DNA from: Emiliania huxleyi CCMP1516
Taxonomy: Eukaryota
Length of the DNA: 64,000 bases
Assembly (NCBI RefSeq): GCF_000372725.1
Contig: NW_005201192.1
Location: 434,001 to 498,000 of the forward strand
Direction: 5' to 3'
Positions 34,227 to 45,725 of this stretch are shown piece after piece. Numbering within the stretch: position 1 is the stretch's first letter; every line of letters begins with the position of its first letter. Both the position numbers and the translations under genes were made by a program. The notes below the pieces were generated by a model that saw nothing but the letters and a program-made list of their open reading frames with translations, searched no databases and was not told where the DNA came from.

Positions 34227-34393
34227 CGAGAGAGCGAAGAAAGAAAACAGACAACCCAAGGGAGGGATGGGAGGACGGCACGCCGCCACCACACAGGGAT
34301 TTTAAGACGAGGGGTGTGGTGCGCTAGCCGTCGCCCACCCTTGGGCGTCTGCCTCTTCCTATCTCTCTTCGCAGTCTCTCTCCGATTCTCGCT
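34081..34393 (+). repeat. (GGGA)n/(GA)n microsatellite followed by one monomer of the 185-bp satellite family
   Basis: Direct match to the unit in 1-787. Confidence 0.92.
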
Positions 34394-34852
34394 GCAACCT
34401 TCATGCCACCTCGCGGTCTTCCCACTCTCGTCGTTCTCTCTCTTGTCGCTTCTTCCTCTGTCGCTTCGCTCCCCTCTGCCTCGTTCTGCGACGACGCCGC
34501 TGCCTGCCGATCCCTTGCTCTCGCCTCTCGGCGTAACTCTGCCCTCCTCGCGGCATATCCTGGCCCCTCGAGTTTATCGAGCTCTCCTCGCGCAAGGATG
34601 ACTCTTCTGACGCCCACTGCGATCATTTGCTGCCAAGTCATATCGTTGCTCAGGTCCACTCTCTCTTCGGACACTTGTACCTCCACCCGATGATGTTGGC
34701 GCTGGGGTCCCCTTCGGGTGCATCGTTACAGCTGACGCCGGGATTACCACTGGGTCCTCCTCGAGATCGTCTTCCCCGGCTTCCTCCCGTTCGGCTCTAC
34801 GACAGAGATTGCTTTTTTCTTGGTTTTGTTGACTTCTCTTCCCAGCACCCAG

Positions 34853-35207
34853 GTACCGCATCTCGGGCAGCGACCTGGTTAAATTCATGTGCAACGGCGT
34901 GGCGGCGGCTCTCTCGCCGGAGCGGCGCGAGGGCTTCTTCGAGTGCCTCGACTGCCTCGCGGCGGCGCCGTACCACATCTCGGGCAGCGACCTGGTTACA
35001 TTTATGTGCAACAGCGTGGCGGCGGCTCTCTCGCCGGAGCGGCGCGATGGCTTTTTTGCGGAGCTCAGCGTTCTGATGGGCGCGAGCGCGACGCGGCTAC
35101 CAACGCAGAAGGAGGTCCGCGCGCTCTGCAGGCGTGTGATGTTGCAACATCCCGCCATCATGGTGAAATTGGTGAAGAGAGACGGCGAGTGGAGAGTGCT
35201 GGCATAG
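34853..35207 (+). other. Exon-like segment with a 117-bp in-frame tandem duplication (YxISGSDLVxFMCNxVAAALSPERRxGFF)
   Basis: Copies start at 34853 and 34970, preceded by a polypyrimidine tract + CAG. Function unknown. Confidence 0.5.
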
Positions 35208-35277
35208 GTCACAGGCGAACGAATTAATATTCGTGCACAGGCAGGAGCTCTCCTGCTAGACAAGAGTACCTTTACGT

Positions 35278-36320
35278 TTTGACCGCGCAAGATAAAAGGG
35301 TGGCTAAGGGCTCTGCCCGCAAGGCGCCCGCGTCGCAGACGCGGTACCATTGACAAATCTGCGATATTACCCCCACACGAGCAAATAGCAAAATCCGAAT
35401 ACCGTGCACGAACTGCGTGATCTGGGACGCAAGCCTTCAGCTGGTGCCAAGACATCGTAAAATTGAGCCAAGAACGTCCGCCAAATCCGTGCTTTCGGAG
35501 CAACTGAGGGAAAGCTACTGATGGAGCCCAGCGTGCGCGCGGCCGCCTCCCGCGCAGCACCGCCGCTGCGGAATCGGATCGAGCCCATGGAGGAGGAGGG
35601 CGCAGTCGGCCAGCGCAGCAGGCGGAGTCCCTCCCCGCGCCGGAGCCCCCCTGCAGTCGAGGGAGTCCTCGTTGGCGATGAAGGTGGCGACATCGAATCG
35701 CGGCCGACACACGTCACGGGAGGAATGGGCGATGAGCGGGAACGATGCGCGCTACGACGCCGACTCCGCCGTGCTCGTGGCCGCAGAAAGCCGCGCTCCA
35801 GGAGCACGCCAAGATGCAATGGCTCGCTTGCTTCGATTCAGCTCTCTCGGCAGCAGAAGTGGGGCTGGAGCGGGTGGGGGTGGATGCCGATTGAGGGGGA
35901 GCGTCTCCAGCTGCGCCCTGTGGCAGCTGCGCCCTGTGGCAGCTAGTCGGGGGACTTGGTAGTTGTGACCCCCCTGAGTGAGGACAGGAGAGAGAGAGCG
36001 TTTTGTGGTGTTGGTGTACGCAATAACGGGACAGGGTGGTTGTTCTCTCTATCTCCTCTTCTAGCTCTTAGCATGAGCTGCGCCCTGTGTCCGACCCCTT
36101 TTGCGCAGCAACACCTTCAACTTTCAGGCCCTCCAAATTCGGGTCGGAGCGTAGCGGAGTGGGCCCCGAGTTTGAAAAGGGCGACGGACGCTTGCGTCCT
36201 AGCCTTCAACAACGCCTCCCCGGCGCAGAGGGGCCCCCGGAGGGATGCACAACCGCTCCACGCCACGCCGCTTGCGGCGGTCCTCTTCCCAGCTCCGCTG
36301 AGGGCGCCTGCGTTATCTCT
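35278..36320 (-). mobile_element. ~1.04-kb dispersed element, copy B (inverted relative to 24200-25256)
   Basis: Shares both ends with copy A but has a different interior. Confidence 0.8.
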
Positions 36321-36391
36321 GGCTAGTTCCATTTCACGGCGGCACAGCGGCGCGGCTAGAGCTGACAGAGCGCAGCACTACTTTTGCCACC

Positions 36392-37676
36392 ATGGTGCCA
36401 CTCCTCCTCGGCGTCGCCGCAACCGGCCTTCGCGCTACACGCCATGCTGCGCCGCAGCGCCGTGGGTTCCGGAGGACGCCTCCTGCTCTGATGCCGGAAG
36501 GCCCAGAGTGCCTAGTTCATGCGGAGAGCCTGCACCGCCGCTTTGCAGGGCGCACCCTCTCCCGTGCGGCCATCCTGAGCGGCCGCTACGCCGGCAACAG
36601 CTCGATGCCCGGCCGTGGTGCGCCTCCGGCCGGCTGGGCGGAGTTGCGTGGCAGCTTGCCTGCTGTAGTGGGCGCTGTTCGGGCAAAGGGCAAGTTCATC
36701 TGGTGGGAGCTCAGCCCGCTCTCGGGCGCGCTGCCCGAGCTCACCCTCTGGTCGACGCTGGGCATGTCCGGGGCGTGGTCCACCGGTCGCAACACGCACT
36801 CGCGCGTGTGCCTGGAGCTCGCCGCTGAACCAGCCGCCGTTGCGCCGACGCTGCTATTCTACAACGACCAGCGCAACTTCGGAGTGCTGACGGTCTGCAC
36901 TGAGCACGCCGCGCTGCGCGCCAAGCTCGAGACGCTCGGGCCGAGCTGGCTCGACGAGGGCGGCGGGATCACGAGGGACGGCTTCATGGAGATCGTGCGG
37001 CGGCAATGCAGCAGCCGCCGCCGCGCCGCCGTTCCGGTGGCCAAGTTCCTGATGGACCAGTCCAAGACGGCCGGCATCGGCAACTATGTCCTGAGCGAGG
37101 TAGCCCTCCCCCGGGGCCCGAGCCAGCACTCGACGACGGCACAGCCACGGTGCCACTCGCGTTGGTGCTGTCTTGCCCAGCTCACGGACTGTGTCAGCCC
37201 GCCGCAGGTGCTCTACAAGGCTCGCGTCTACCCGTGGGCGGCGTGTGCCGACCTGGTCGACTCGGACTGGGCAGAGGTGCACGCGGCGGCCTCGCAGACG
37301 CTGCGCGCGAGCTACGCGTCGCAGGTCCACCCGCGACCTCACTAGTGCCGCCCACTCGCAACGCTGTCCACCTCACGTCCTCACAAGCACATGCTGTAAC
37401 TCCCTCGCCTCGCAGGCCGCCATTGCGGCTGCCGCCGCCGGCGACGACCCCTCCGCCACCCGCGGCACGTTTGCGGCGATGGAGCCGCGGTTCAAACTGC
37501 TCGTGTACCGGCAGGCGGCGACCGCGGATGGGCTCGCCGTGCGCGTCGCTGAAGGTCCGCACGGCCGATCGGTGCATTGGGTGCCTGAGCGGCAGGTCCG
37601 CGGCAGCACAGTGGTTGTTGGGTCGGCGATAGGGGAAAGGGATAGCAGCCAGCGTGGAGAGGACCAGCGAACGTAA
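36392..37676 (+). CDS. Fpg/Nei DNA glycosylase/AP lyase (zincless finger) with a 33-aa presequence; 3 exons
   Basis: MPEGPE at 36491, AKGKFIWWEL, TLGMSG, YNDQRNFG, LGP, H2TH motif FLMDQSKTAGIGNYVLSE|VLY, FKLLVYRQ...GRSVHWVPERQ with no zinc-binding Cys. Confidence 0.93.
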
Positions 37677-37744
37677 AAATGAATAAATGCTCGTTTAAAA
37701 TTGGATAACCGAATGCACCCCACACTGTCGCTTTTACGATTTAC

Positions 37745-38093
37745 CAAGGACCGCGGCACGCCCCCCGGCCCCCGCCCCCTTGGGTGTTTGTTGGGAGGTT
37801 CCGCCAAGGAGGGAGGTTCGTGTCATGAGAGAAGATACACTCCTCCGTGTATCTAAACGGACGGAAGATACACTGAAGAACACTTATGCGAAGATACACG
37901 GCCCGGCCCAAACAAAGAGGTGTATCTTCGTATGAAGATACACCGCGGCCCAAACGAAGATGTGTATCTTCAAGATACACCGGAGAAATGTTATAATGTT
38001 GTATCTTTGAAACGTATAGTCGAGTGTATCTTTGGCTATCACTCGAACTTTGGACAAGGGAATGGCCCAAATCGGGGGGCGTGCCCGTCCTTG
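37745..38093. mobile_element. MITE-like element with imperfect ~22-bp TIRs and many internal AAGATACAC motifs in both orientations
   Basis: CAAGGACCGCGGCACGCCCCCC at 37745 vs GGGGGGCGTGCCCGTCCTTG ending 38093; ~10 AAGATACAC/GTGTATCTT motifs in 37830-38032. Confidence 0.65.
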
Positions 38094-39308
38094 TCGCTTA
38101 CGCCCCTACGCCGGAGAGATAAACCCCCACGATAAGACTGCGCGACGCTGCGGATCAGCCCCAGTGCCCCTCCCAACCGTATAAAGGCTGCGGTGATTGA
38201 TAGTATACACAGGTCGACGCTCGACACCCACCATGGCTCCGCATGTTGCTGGTGACGTGCAGTGACCAGTGTCGTGACGGGGTGGTCACGGCAGGGGCCA
38301 CCGCTCGCGCACACGTCGAAGGCGCGACCTGAGAGGAAGGGAACATTACTGGGCTGTTTTTAGGCATTGTGGGGTTGGCACTCCCATCGACCCTCATGAC
38401 CTCCTGCGGTCTCTGAGATGGACACCAGTGGGTGTGGGACCACAGCCAGGATACACTCGAAGGCTGGGTAAGCAGTAGAGGTCGATACTCGACGCGTCCC
38501 ACATGGTCTGTGTCGCTGTCGGCACGCTGTCGACAGGACGTCGAGGGACACCGGTGGCAGTGCCACCCAGGAGTGGTCGGGCGGTCTCCCGTCATGAGAG
38601 AGCCACCATGTGATCCGTATGATGATTCCTGACAACCGCCTCAGTCAACTTTTGTCACAGTTCCCGCTATGAGAGGAGCTGCGGGTCAGTTCGACAGCTG
38701 GAGCTGTGTCGCCGGCGTGCGGCGGCCTGCCTCCGGAGGTGCCTCTGAGGTGGACATCTTTTGGTCACCGTGAGAGAACGCGTTCGAATTTTCACTCCGG
38801 AACTTCAACTGAGCACGCGCACCGGCCAGGGCTACAATAGTGCCAGTGAGGCGGAGGCGCGAGTCGGAAGGCCGCGACCGTCAAGGGTTCCCTTCGTTTT
38901 GAATTCCTACAATCGCTGTGAACCCAGCCACGTAAGTTCTTACCTCGAGGGGTATGCCGTACCATCTGCCCTGGGTCGCTCGGCCACTCTCGTTGAAGCT
39001 TGGGGTTGGGCTCGACCCTTCCGCATGAATTAGTTATTGGTGTGGTGGAGATACACAGTATTCTCGCGAGTTGCAATAGTACATCCAGGCGCCCCTCTCT
39101 CGAGGCGATCCACAGCACACAGTGTGGCAAGTGTATAGTACACTTGGCAAGTGTAAATGTACGTGCTCTATCCTGCAGACTGCTCGCCGATCGGGTCTCC
39201 GTATGCAAGTGAGGGGAGCAGAGACGAGAGAGTGAGGTGGAGGGCGGCATGCCAACACTCGACGCCAACACGTATCTCCGCAGATCTGGCGCAAGCACTT
39301 TCGATCGG

Positions 39309-40701
39309 CTACCACTCGCTCTTGAACTCGGCCGACTCAGGCAGCACCTAGGCGGAGGGGCATGGTAAGCGCGTAACGGGCGCCCCACCGCGTGCGCGCG
39401 TGTGTGAGGTGAGCGCGCGTGCGTGCACCTGGCCACCATCGACGACGATCGTCTGGCCGGTGACGTAGGCGGCTGCGGCAGAAGCGAAGTAGAGGCAGGC
39501 GTGGCCAATGTCCTCCACCTAGGCGGAGACCACCCGAGATCCCATCCGAGATCATCTGAGATCATCATCCGAGATTATCCGAGATTAGACGAGATCAGCC
39601 GAGATCAGCGAAGGCGTGCCCACCTCGCCGATCGAGCCGAGCGGCACCGCAGCCGCCATGCCGTCGAGGTACCTGCACACGATGGAGACCGTGAGCGGTG
39701 TCGCTTCGCGCCTCACACCCAAGCCGCCATGCTGCCACGGCACTCTTGGCCGAGCGCTACCAGCCCCTCCGTCTTGATGTTGCCCGGTAGCACGCTGTTG
39801 ACCGTCACCTGAGCCGCGGGTAGTCGAGGTCTGCTGGCGAGGGTGTGTGCGGCAGCTAACTTCCCGCCCTCGTGCCGCCACCTTGTACTTTGCGAGCTCG
39901 ATGGCTGCCGACCGCATGAAACCGAGCTGGCCTATGGGGCGGGGTACACACTATGGGGTTCACTATGAAGCTCACACTGAGCAAGGCCCTGGGCGATGAA
40001 GGTTGAAGCGTTCCTGCCTTGCTCGCCCCGTAGTGCGACCAGCCCGGGTAGCCGGTGATCGGGCCTACAGCGGCCTAGCTGTGGCTGAGGCCCGCGGAGA
40101 GACCTGCCGTGAGCGGCTGCCCCGTGGCGTGGCACCGGTGATGCTCGACGTGAGCACGACGCGCGGCTGGCTGCTCAGCTTGAGGAGCGGGAGGCACGCC
40201 TGCGAGCCGTGGCGTGGCATCCGTGTGAGGCGGGAGAGGACTTCACGGAAGGATCCACGGGACTACGATCGTGCGGTGCGTCTCTCTCGCCTTGACCGCC
40301 AGGAAGGACCCCTTGAGGTTGGTGGCCATCACAGCGTCCCACTCCTCCGACGTCAGATCCTCAATCTTTGTCTGAGGGCGGTGGGGGCGGGGGCGGCGGC
40401 AAGTTGGTTGGCGACGGCACGAGGGCGGCGACGGGGAGGGCGGCTGCGAGTAAGGGCGGCGGTGAGTCGGTGGGGGCAGCGATGCTGCCTGAGGAAAGCC
40501 TCCCGCGTTGGCGCAGAGCACGTCGAGGCCTCCGTATCGCTCCTTGGCGCACGTGGCGACCGCCTGCATGTCCTCGAGGCTGGTCACGTCCGCCGCGACC
40601 GCCGACACCTTGGCCGCGCACGACTCGGACAGCTCCGCAGCTGCGGCCTGAGGGCGGCTCGCGCGCCACGACTCTGGGCGGGCCGTCCGGCGCAGAGAGA
40701 G

Positions 40702-40753
<52 letters not shown>

Positions 40754-40777
40754 GAGAGAGAGAGAGAGAGACGAGAG

Positions 40778-40816
<39 letters not shown>

Positions 40817-41063
40817 GAGAGAGAGAGACGAGAGAGAGAGACGAGAGAGAGAGACGAGAGAGAGAGAGAGGCACATACGTCGGGGTCATGATGGCGATTG
40901 GCGGTGTGAATTTGCGACTGCAGGTCACCTCGCCCTCGGCCAGGTTGCGGGAGCAAATGAGCACCGCGGCTCCAGCACGCGCAAACACTCGGGCGATGCC
41001 CTTGCCAATACCTTTGCTTCCACCCGTGACTGCCACAACCTTGCCTTCCATGGAGAAGGACAT
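39309..41063 (-). CDS. Short-chain dehydrogenase/reductase, FabG-like; ~10 exons
   Basis: [85 protein letters not shown]. Confidence 0.93.
40693..40870. repeat. (GA)n-type microsatellite in SDR intron 1
   Basis: Seen directly. Confidence 0.95.
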
Positions 41064-41382
41064 TGTTTCGGCGCAGCGCTGCCGCGAGCGATGGTCTTGC
41101 TGGGCTGGGGGGGTGTAGTGAAAAGAAAAGAGACAGGCGGATCTCTCTAAGATAATCTTCGATGGAGCTATGCAACCCTCGCCACGCTCTCCTCTCGTCG
41201 CTGTTTACGAGGGCTGGAGGTTCGCCATCAATAGGCTCATCCTTCTTCTTTCTGCGCGGCGCACGCCTCCTACTTCAAGTGGCGCCGGTTTTGGTAGCCA
41301 CTGGCACGATTTCCCCCCCAAATTCGCGTACAGCCTCCCTTCGGGAGTTTGTAAAAAAGAAAAATTCTCGCCTTAGTGAACC

Positions 41383-42096
41383 ATGGCTCGGCGGAGACCA
41401 CTGATTGTCCTCGCGTTCGCGATCACCGATGCTGCGTTGCTCCAGCCGCACCTCGTCTGTAGCCGCCCGACGGCTGGACCTTGCACGCCCGCCCAGCTCT
41501 GGCCACGCACCCGCAGTTCTGCGCGGCGGGTCGCCACTGCCTCTCCGCCGTGCATGTCGGCGGCAGCGACCGCGGCGTGGGTCGGCGGCTGTGTCCTGAG
41601 CGGAACGGCGGGCGTTCCATCTGTGGTTGGCGCGACCAAGACGTGGTACCGCAAGATTCCGCTGCCGACATGGACGCCACCCGACCGCGTGTTTGCGCCG
41701 GTCTGGACGTCGCTCTATGCGATGATGGGGCTCGCGACCGCGCGTGTGGCGGCGGCGTCGGGCGTGTCGTCCCCCGTCGTGCACTTCCTCGCTCACCTGT
41801 GCGTCAACCTGCTGTGGGCGCCAATCTTCTTTGGTCTCCAGCGGCTGAGGCTCGCCCTGCTGATGAACGTCGCGCTGATCGCCTCCCTCTCCGTCCTCCT
41901 CGGGCAGTATGGCATCGCGGCGGCGTCGCCGAGCGCGCTCCTCCTCTGCCCTTACATGGGCTGGCTGCTATTCGCGACCGCCCTCAACTTCGCAATCTGC
42001 CGCCTCAACCCGACGGCCCGCGGCTACAACAACGCGCGCTGGCAAGCGGACCTCGCGAAGCTGCAGAAGCGCGCCGCGTCCATCGCCGCCGCTTAA
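41383..42096 (+). CDS. TSPO: TspO/MBR (translocator protein) with bipartite signal+transit-like presequence, intronless
   Basis: WYRKIPLPTWTPPDRVFAPVWTSLYAMMG, VNLLWAPIFFG, LLCPYMGWLLFATALN. Confidence 0.93.
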   Translation: MARRRPLIVLAFAITDAALLQPHLVCSRPTAGPCTPAQLWPRTRSSARRVATASPPCMSAAATAAWVGGCVLSGTAGVPSVVGATKTWYRKIPLPTWTPPDRVFAPVWTSLYAMMGLATARVAAASGVSSPVVHFLAHLCVNLLWAPIFFGLQRLRLALLMNVALIASLSVLLGQYGIAAASPSALLLCPYMGWLLFATALNFAICRLNPTARGYNNARWQADLAKLQKRAASIAAA

Positions 42097-42433
42097 ATTT
42101 CGGCGGCAACGGGGCGGCGGGGCGGCTGCGCGCCTCTCCGAGCAGGTGGGAGGCGACGGCCGATGCCAGAAGCAAAGAACTCTAGGGACTAGGGCACTAG
42201 GCTAGGACACTGGGGACACATGGCAGTGTGGCAAAACAAAACGGGGTGGCATGTGCACGCCAGCCACAGCCCACGCAAGCACCCAAAACAGGCCCCAACA
42301 CCACGCTCCGTCCACACGACCGCGAGCTCGACACACGTGGCGCCCGCAGCCGCACGGGGGGGGGACGGCGCGCGCGGAAGCGGGCGGGGGCCGGGGGCCG
42401 GGCGGTGAGAGGTCCGATCAGATGTGCGAGAAA

Positions 42434-45079
42434 TCACGCCATCACAGATGTGTGGAGAACCGCATGGGAGAGTACATGTAAACGGCCTATCTCCAATAAA
42501 ACGTCACGACGACGGGCGCCTCCCCGCCTCAAGATTCCTACGCCGCCTTCCGCCTGCTGACGCGTGCAACTTCGCGCATCGCTCGCACCGCCAGCACCGC
42601 CGCCACCGCACCCGTCGGCCGCAGCCTCCGCGCGCGCGGGTCGGGCCGCGGCTCGGGCGGGTGGACCACCTCGTCGAGCATCTCGCCTATCCGACAATCG
42701 TGCCACGCTCACGGCGATCGCTCGCGCTTGCGGACGCGCCAACTCGCCCAGCGTCTCGCCCTCGATCGCGTCGAGCGGCGCGACGAGCGGCGGCAAGGCC
42801 GAAGCCGCGTGCGCCTCGGCGAGCTCCGGGTCCTCCTCGGCCTACGATCTCGGACGCACCTCGGCTCATCTCGGCAGCGCTCGCCGGCAAGCCCGCGACC
42901 CGCCTCCGCCTCTGCGCTGGCGGCCGCGTCGCTCGCCGCGGCCTCCTCCGCCTCCTCGTCGCCGCACGCCACGAGCGCAGCGCCTACGCGAGGGGCGAGG
43001 CGCGCTCGAGATGCGAGGTGGGCCGCAGCGAGCCGGAGGCCGCCACGAGAGCGCTGCACCGATCATCAGCAAGCCGCCGACAGCGGTGCCGAGAGACACC
43101 TGGGCGAGGGGCAGGGCGGGGTCCTCGAGGCGGCCGGCTGGGTCGGCCGCCGGCGTCGCCCGTGCCGGAAGAGGGCGAGAGAGAGGAGAGAGAGGAAGAG
43201 GGAGAGCGAGAGGGAGAGGAAGAGGGAGAGCGAGAGGGAGAGGGAGAGGGAGAGCGAGAGGGAGAGGGAGAGGGAGAGGGAGAGGGAGAGGGAGAGGGAG
43301 AGGGAGAGGGAGAGGGAGAGGGAGAGGGAGAGGGGGTGGGAGAGGGGTGGGCTGGAGGCACACCTCTTCTCTCAGCAGCGCGACGCCGAACAAGCCGGCG
43401 AAGAGCGGCTGCAGCGCGGCGAAGGGCTGCGACTTTGCGGCGGAGATGGTGCGCATGGCCTGAGTGAGGTATGGGGAGACATGTGGAGATCTGGGGGAGA
43501 TGTGGGGGAGGTGCACATCGCCAGTGAGTGAGGGTGTGCGAGTGGGGCGAGGTGTGCGGTGGGGGGATGGTGCGGCGGGGGATGCGAGTCGGGCGTGAGT
43601 GCGGGAGGAGAGAGCGGCGCACGAGCCTCGAACCGGCGCAACAACAACAACAGTACCACCGCTCTACTCCAGTGATGGTAACAGCGAGAGACACCTCGAA
43701 CTGGAGCGACGCCGAGAGGAAGCCGCTGACGAAGACGCCGCCGCCCATCAGCGCCCACTGCGCCGGCCGCACGTGCCCGATCCTGAGGGTCGGTGTCGAG
43801 GGACGAGTCACGAGAGCGAGCCTCGAGTCTCTGCCTCGCTGCACGCGTGGCGGGGTGCCGGCGGAGTGTCGCCGCCGAGGCGCCGCCGGCGGCGACGTCT
43901 GCGGCGAAGAGGCCGGCGGAGAGGGCGCCTGGGGTGCGGGGGCGGAGGGAGGGTGGGCGGGGAGGGGGGGGGGGGAGGCGTCCGTCGGGGGCGGCGGAGA
44001 GGCAGAGGGTCGCCCATCCAGCACATGCGCGCCAGGTTGAGCGCCTGAGTTTGGGGGGGGGGAGAGAGGAGGTCGTGGCCAGCTCCGCCCGTGTCTCCGC
44101 CCATCTCGGCCTCTCGGGCGCGCCTCGGCGGCGTGGGTGCGCAGGTGGACGGTGGTGCGGACGCGGTAGACGGAGTCCACCCAAGCCGACGCCACAAGAG
44201 CCACGGCACCCGGCAAGCTGCCGCCTCCTCCTTCGCCTCCGCCGCCTCTCGCGTAGTCGACGGCCGCCGTGAGGGCCGCGGCGCCAAAGGCGAGCAGGCA
44301 GGCGCCCCAGGTGCGCCGCCCGAAGCCACCCACGCCGAGCAGGAGCGAGACGAGCGGGCAAAACACGTGGTCCTATGGCTCTCCCGGGACACCTCGAGGG
44401 CAGCCCCGGCTGCTGCGACCACACCGAGCCGAGCAGGCAGCCGTCGACGCAAAGATCTCGGACATCGCGGCGGTGACGCGGCAAGTGCCCCAGACGGAGA
44501 GGAGGGCGCACGACACAGAGTAGGTGCCCAGCTCCAGCGCCGCGAGGCTGGCGCCAGGCGCCGGCGCCGCCAGCGAGGCGGAGCCACCATCGGCCAAGCG
44601 GCGCCTCGCCTGAGACCAGGGAAGCTCTGTGAACTCGCTGTGGGACTGGCCTGCATGCGCGCAGTTGGCGCCTGCACGGCCCGGAGAGAGCGCGTCGCCG
44701 TGGCGAAGAGGCAGAGGAACGAGTACCGCACAAAGGTGATGAAGAGCGTGCCGAGCGGCTCTGCGCCTGGCACCGCCGCCACCGCGCGCAGCAACACACT
44801 GTAGCTGCCGAAGCCAGCATTGGCGACGAGCAGCATCAGCCTCGCCCGGGCCAGCTCGGCTGCGGAGGCCGACGTAGCCGAGGCGCCGCCGCCGCCTCGC
44901 AAGCGGAGCGGCGGCCGAGCACCACCACCGGTATGACGATCTCCGCCATGGCGGCAGATTTGTCCCTTGAGCTTGGGCGGCAGATTCGTCTGTACTGTCT
45001 GCACAGCATGCTGCAAGCGTAGCGAGGCCGAGCCTTGCAATGCTGCGGCCGTCAGGATGGCAAGCAGACCGCTTCTCAT
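42434..45079 (-). CDS. EamA/DMT-family membrane transporter with signal+transit-like presequence, multi-exon; C-terminus uncertain
   Basis: About 10 hydrophobic segments; FGSYSVLLR, FVRY, ALELG, LQFE|AMRTISAAKSQPFAALQPLFAGLFGVALLREE|VSLGTAVGGLLMI|GAALVA. Confidence 0.8.
43175..43332. repeat. (GAGGGA)n microsatellite in an EamA intron
   Basis: Seen directly. Confidence 0.95.
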
Positions 45080-45221
45080 CCTGTGATCGTGACTGTGTCA
45101 CTAGACTGTGCGATTTCGGGCCAGTGGTGGTGCTTTTCTACAGTGTACTCAGTGTATGTGGCCGGCAAGCTGCCAGGCAAGCAGGCAAAAGAAACCGGTC
45201 CGACATATTCAAACGGCGGAG

Positions 45222-45425
45222 AGATAGGAAGAGGCGGACGCCCAAGGGTGGGCGACGGCTAGCGCATCACACCCCTCTCCTTAAAAATCCCTGTGTGGTG
45301 GCGGCGTGCCGTTCTCCCAATCCCACATCCCTCCTTGGGTTGGCCGTTTTCTTTCTTTTCAAACGGCGGCGTGCCGTCCTCCCATCCCTCCCTTGGGTTG
45401 TCCGTTTTCTTTCTTTTCTTTCTTT
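45222..45425 (-). repeat. Reverse-oriented monomer of the 185-bp satellite family with an internal partial duplication
   Basis: Reverse-complement match to the unit in 1-787. Confidence 0.9.
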
Positions 45426-45725
45426 TTTCAAAACGACAGGTCAGACAGAAGAGAAGACTCAGGTCAGTCAGCGAAAGGTTCGGCGAGACGGCGAAAAACG
45501 AAAAAACATACACTTATCAAAAAAAAAAGCATTCGCCCCCCTCCCCCCCCCGTTGCGACTTGCGCAACGCGGAGAACTTGCTCGCCCTCCCCCACTCTAC
45601 GGCGCCCGCCTACGGCGCGAATCACTCTTATTCGTTCGCGCGCGGCGGGGCGGCGCGCGCCCGCCCAGTAGCTCGCCACTCACGAGTTCCGCGGCGCGCG
45701 CCAGGGTCGCCCCCCACGCACTTTC

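Noticed and set aside
37828..38035. AAGATACAC repeats as CRISPR or iterons
   Set aside because: They are too short, irregularly spaced, in both orientations and enclosed by TIRs.
38100..39300. Short ORFs in a lower-GC stretch
   Set aside because: No family motifs, no repeat structure and no clear splice pattern.
40003..41175. Long RE/SL-repeat ORFs (also 33540-34601 and 42564-43531)
   Set aside because: These are read-throughs of (GA)n or (GAGGGA)n microsatellites, or antisense to real genes.
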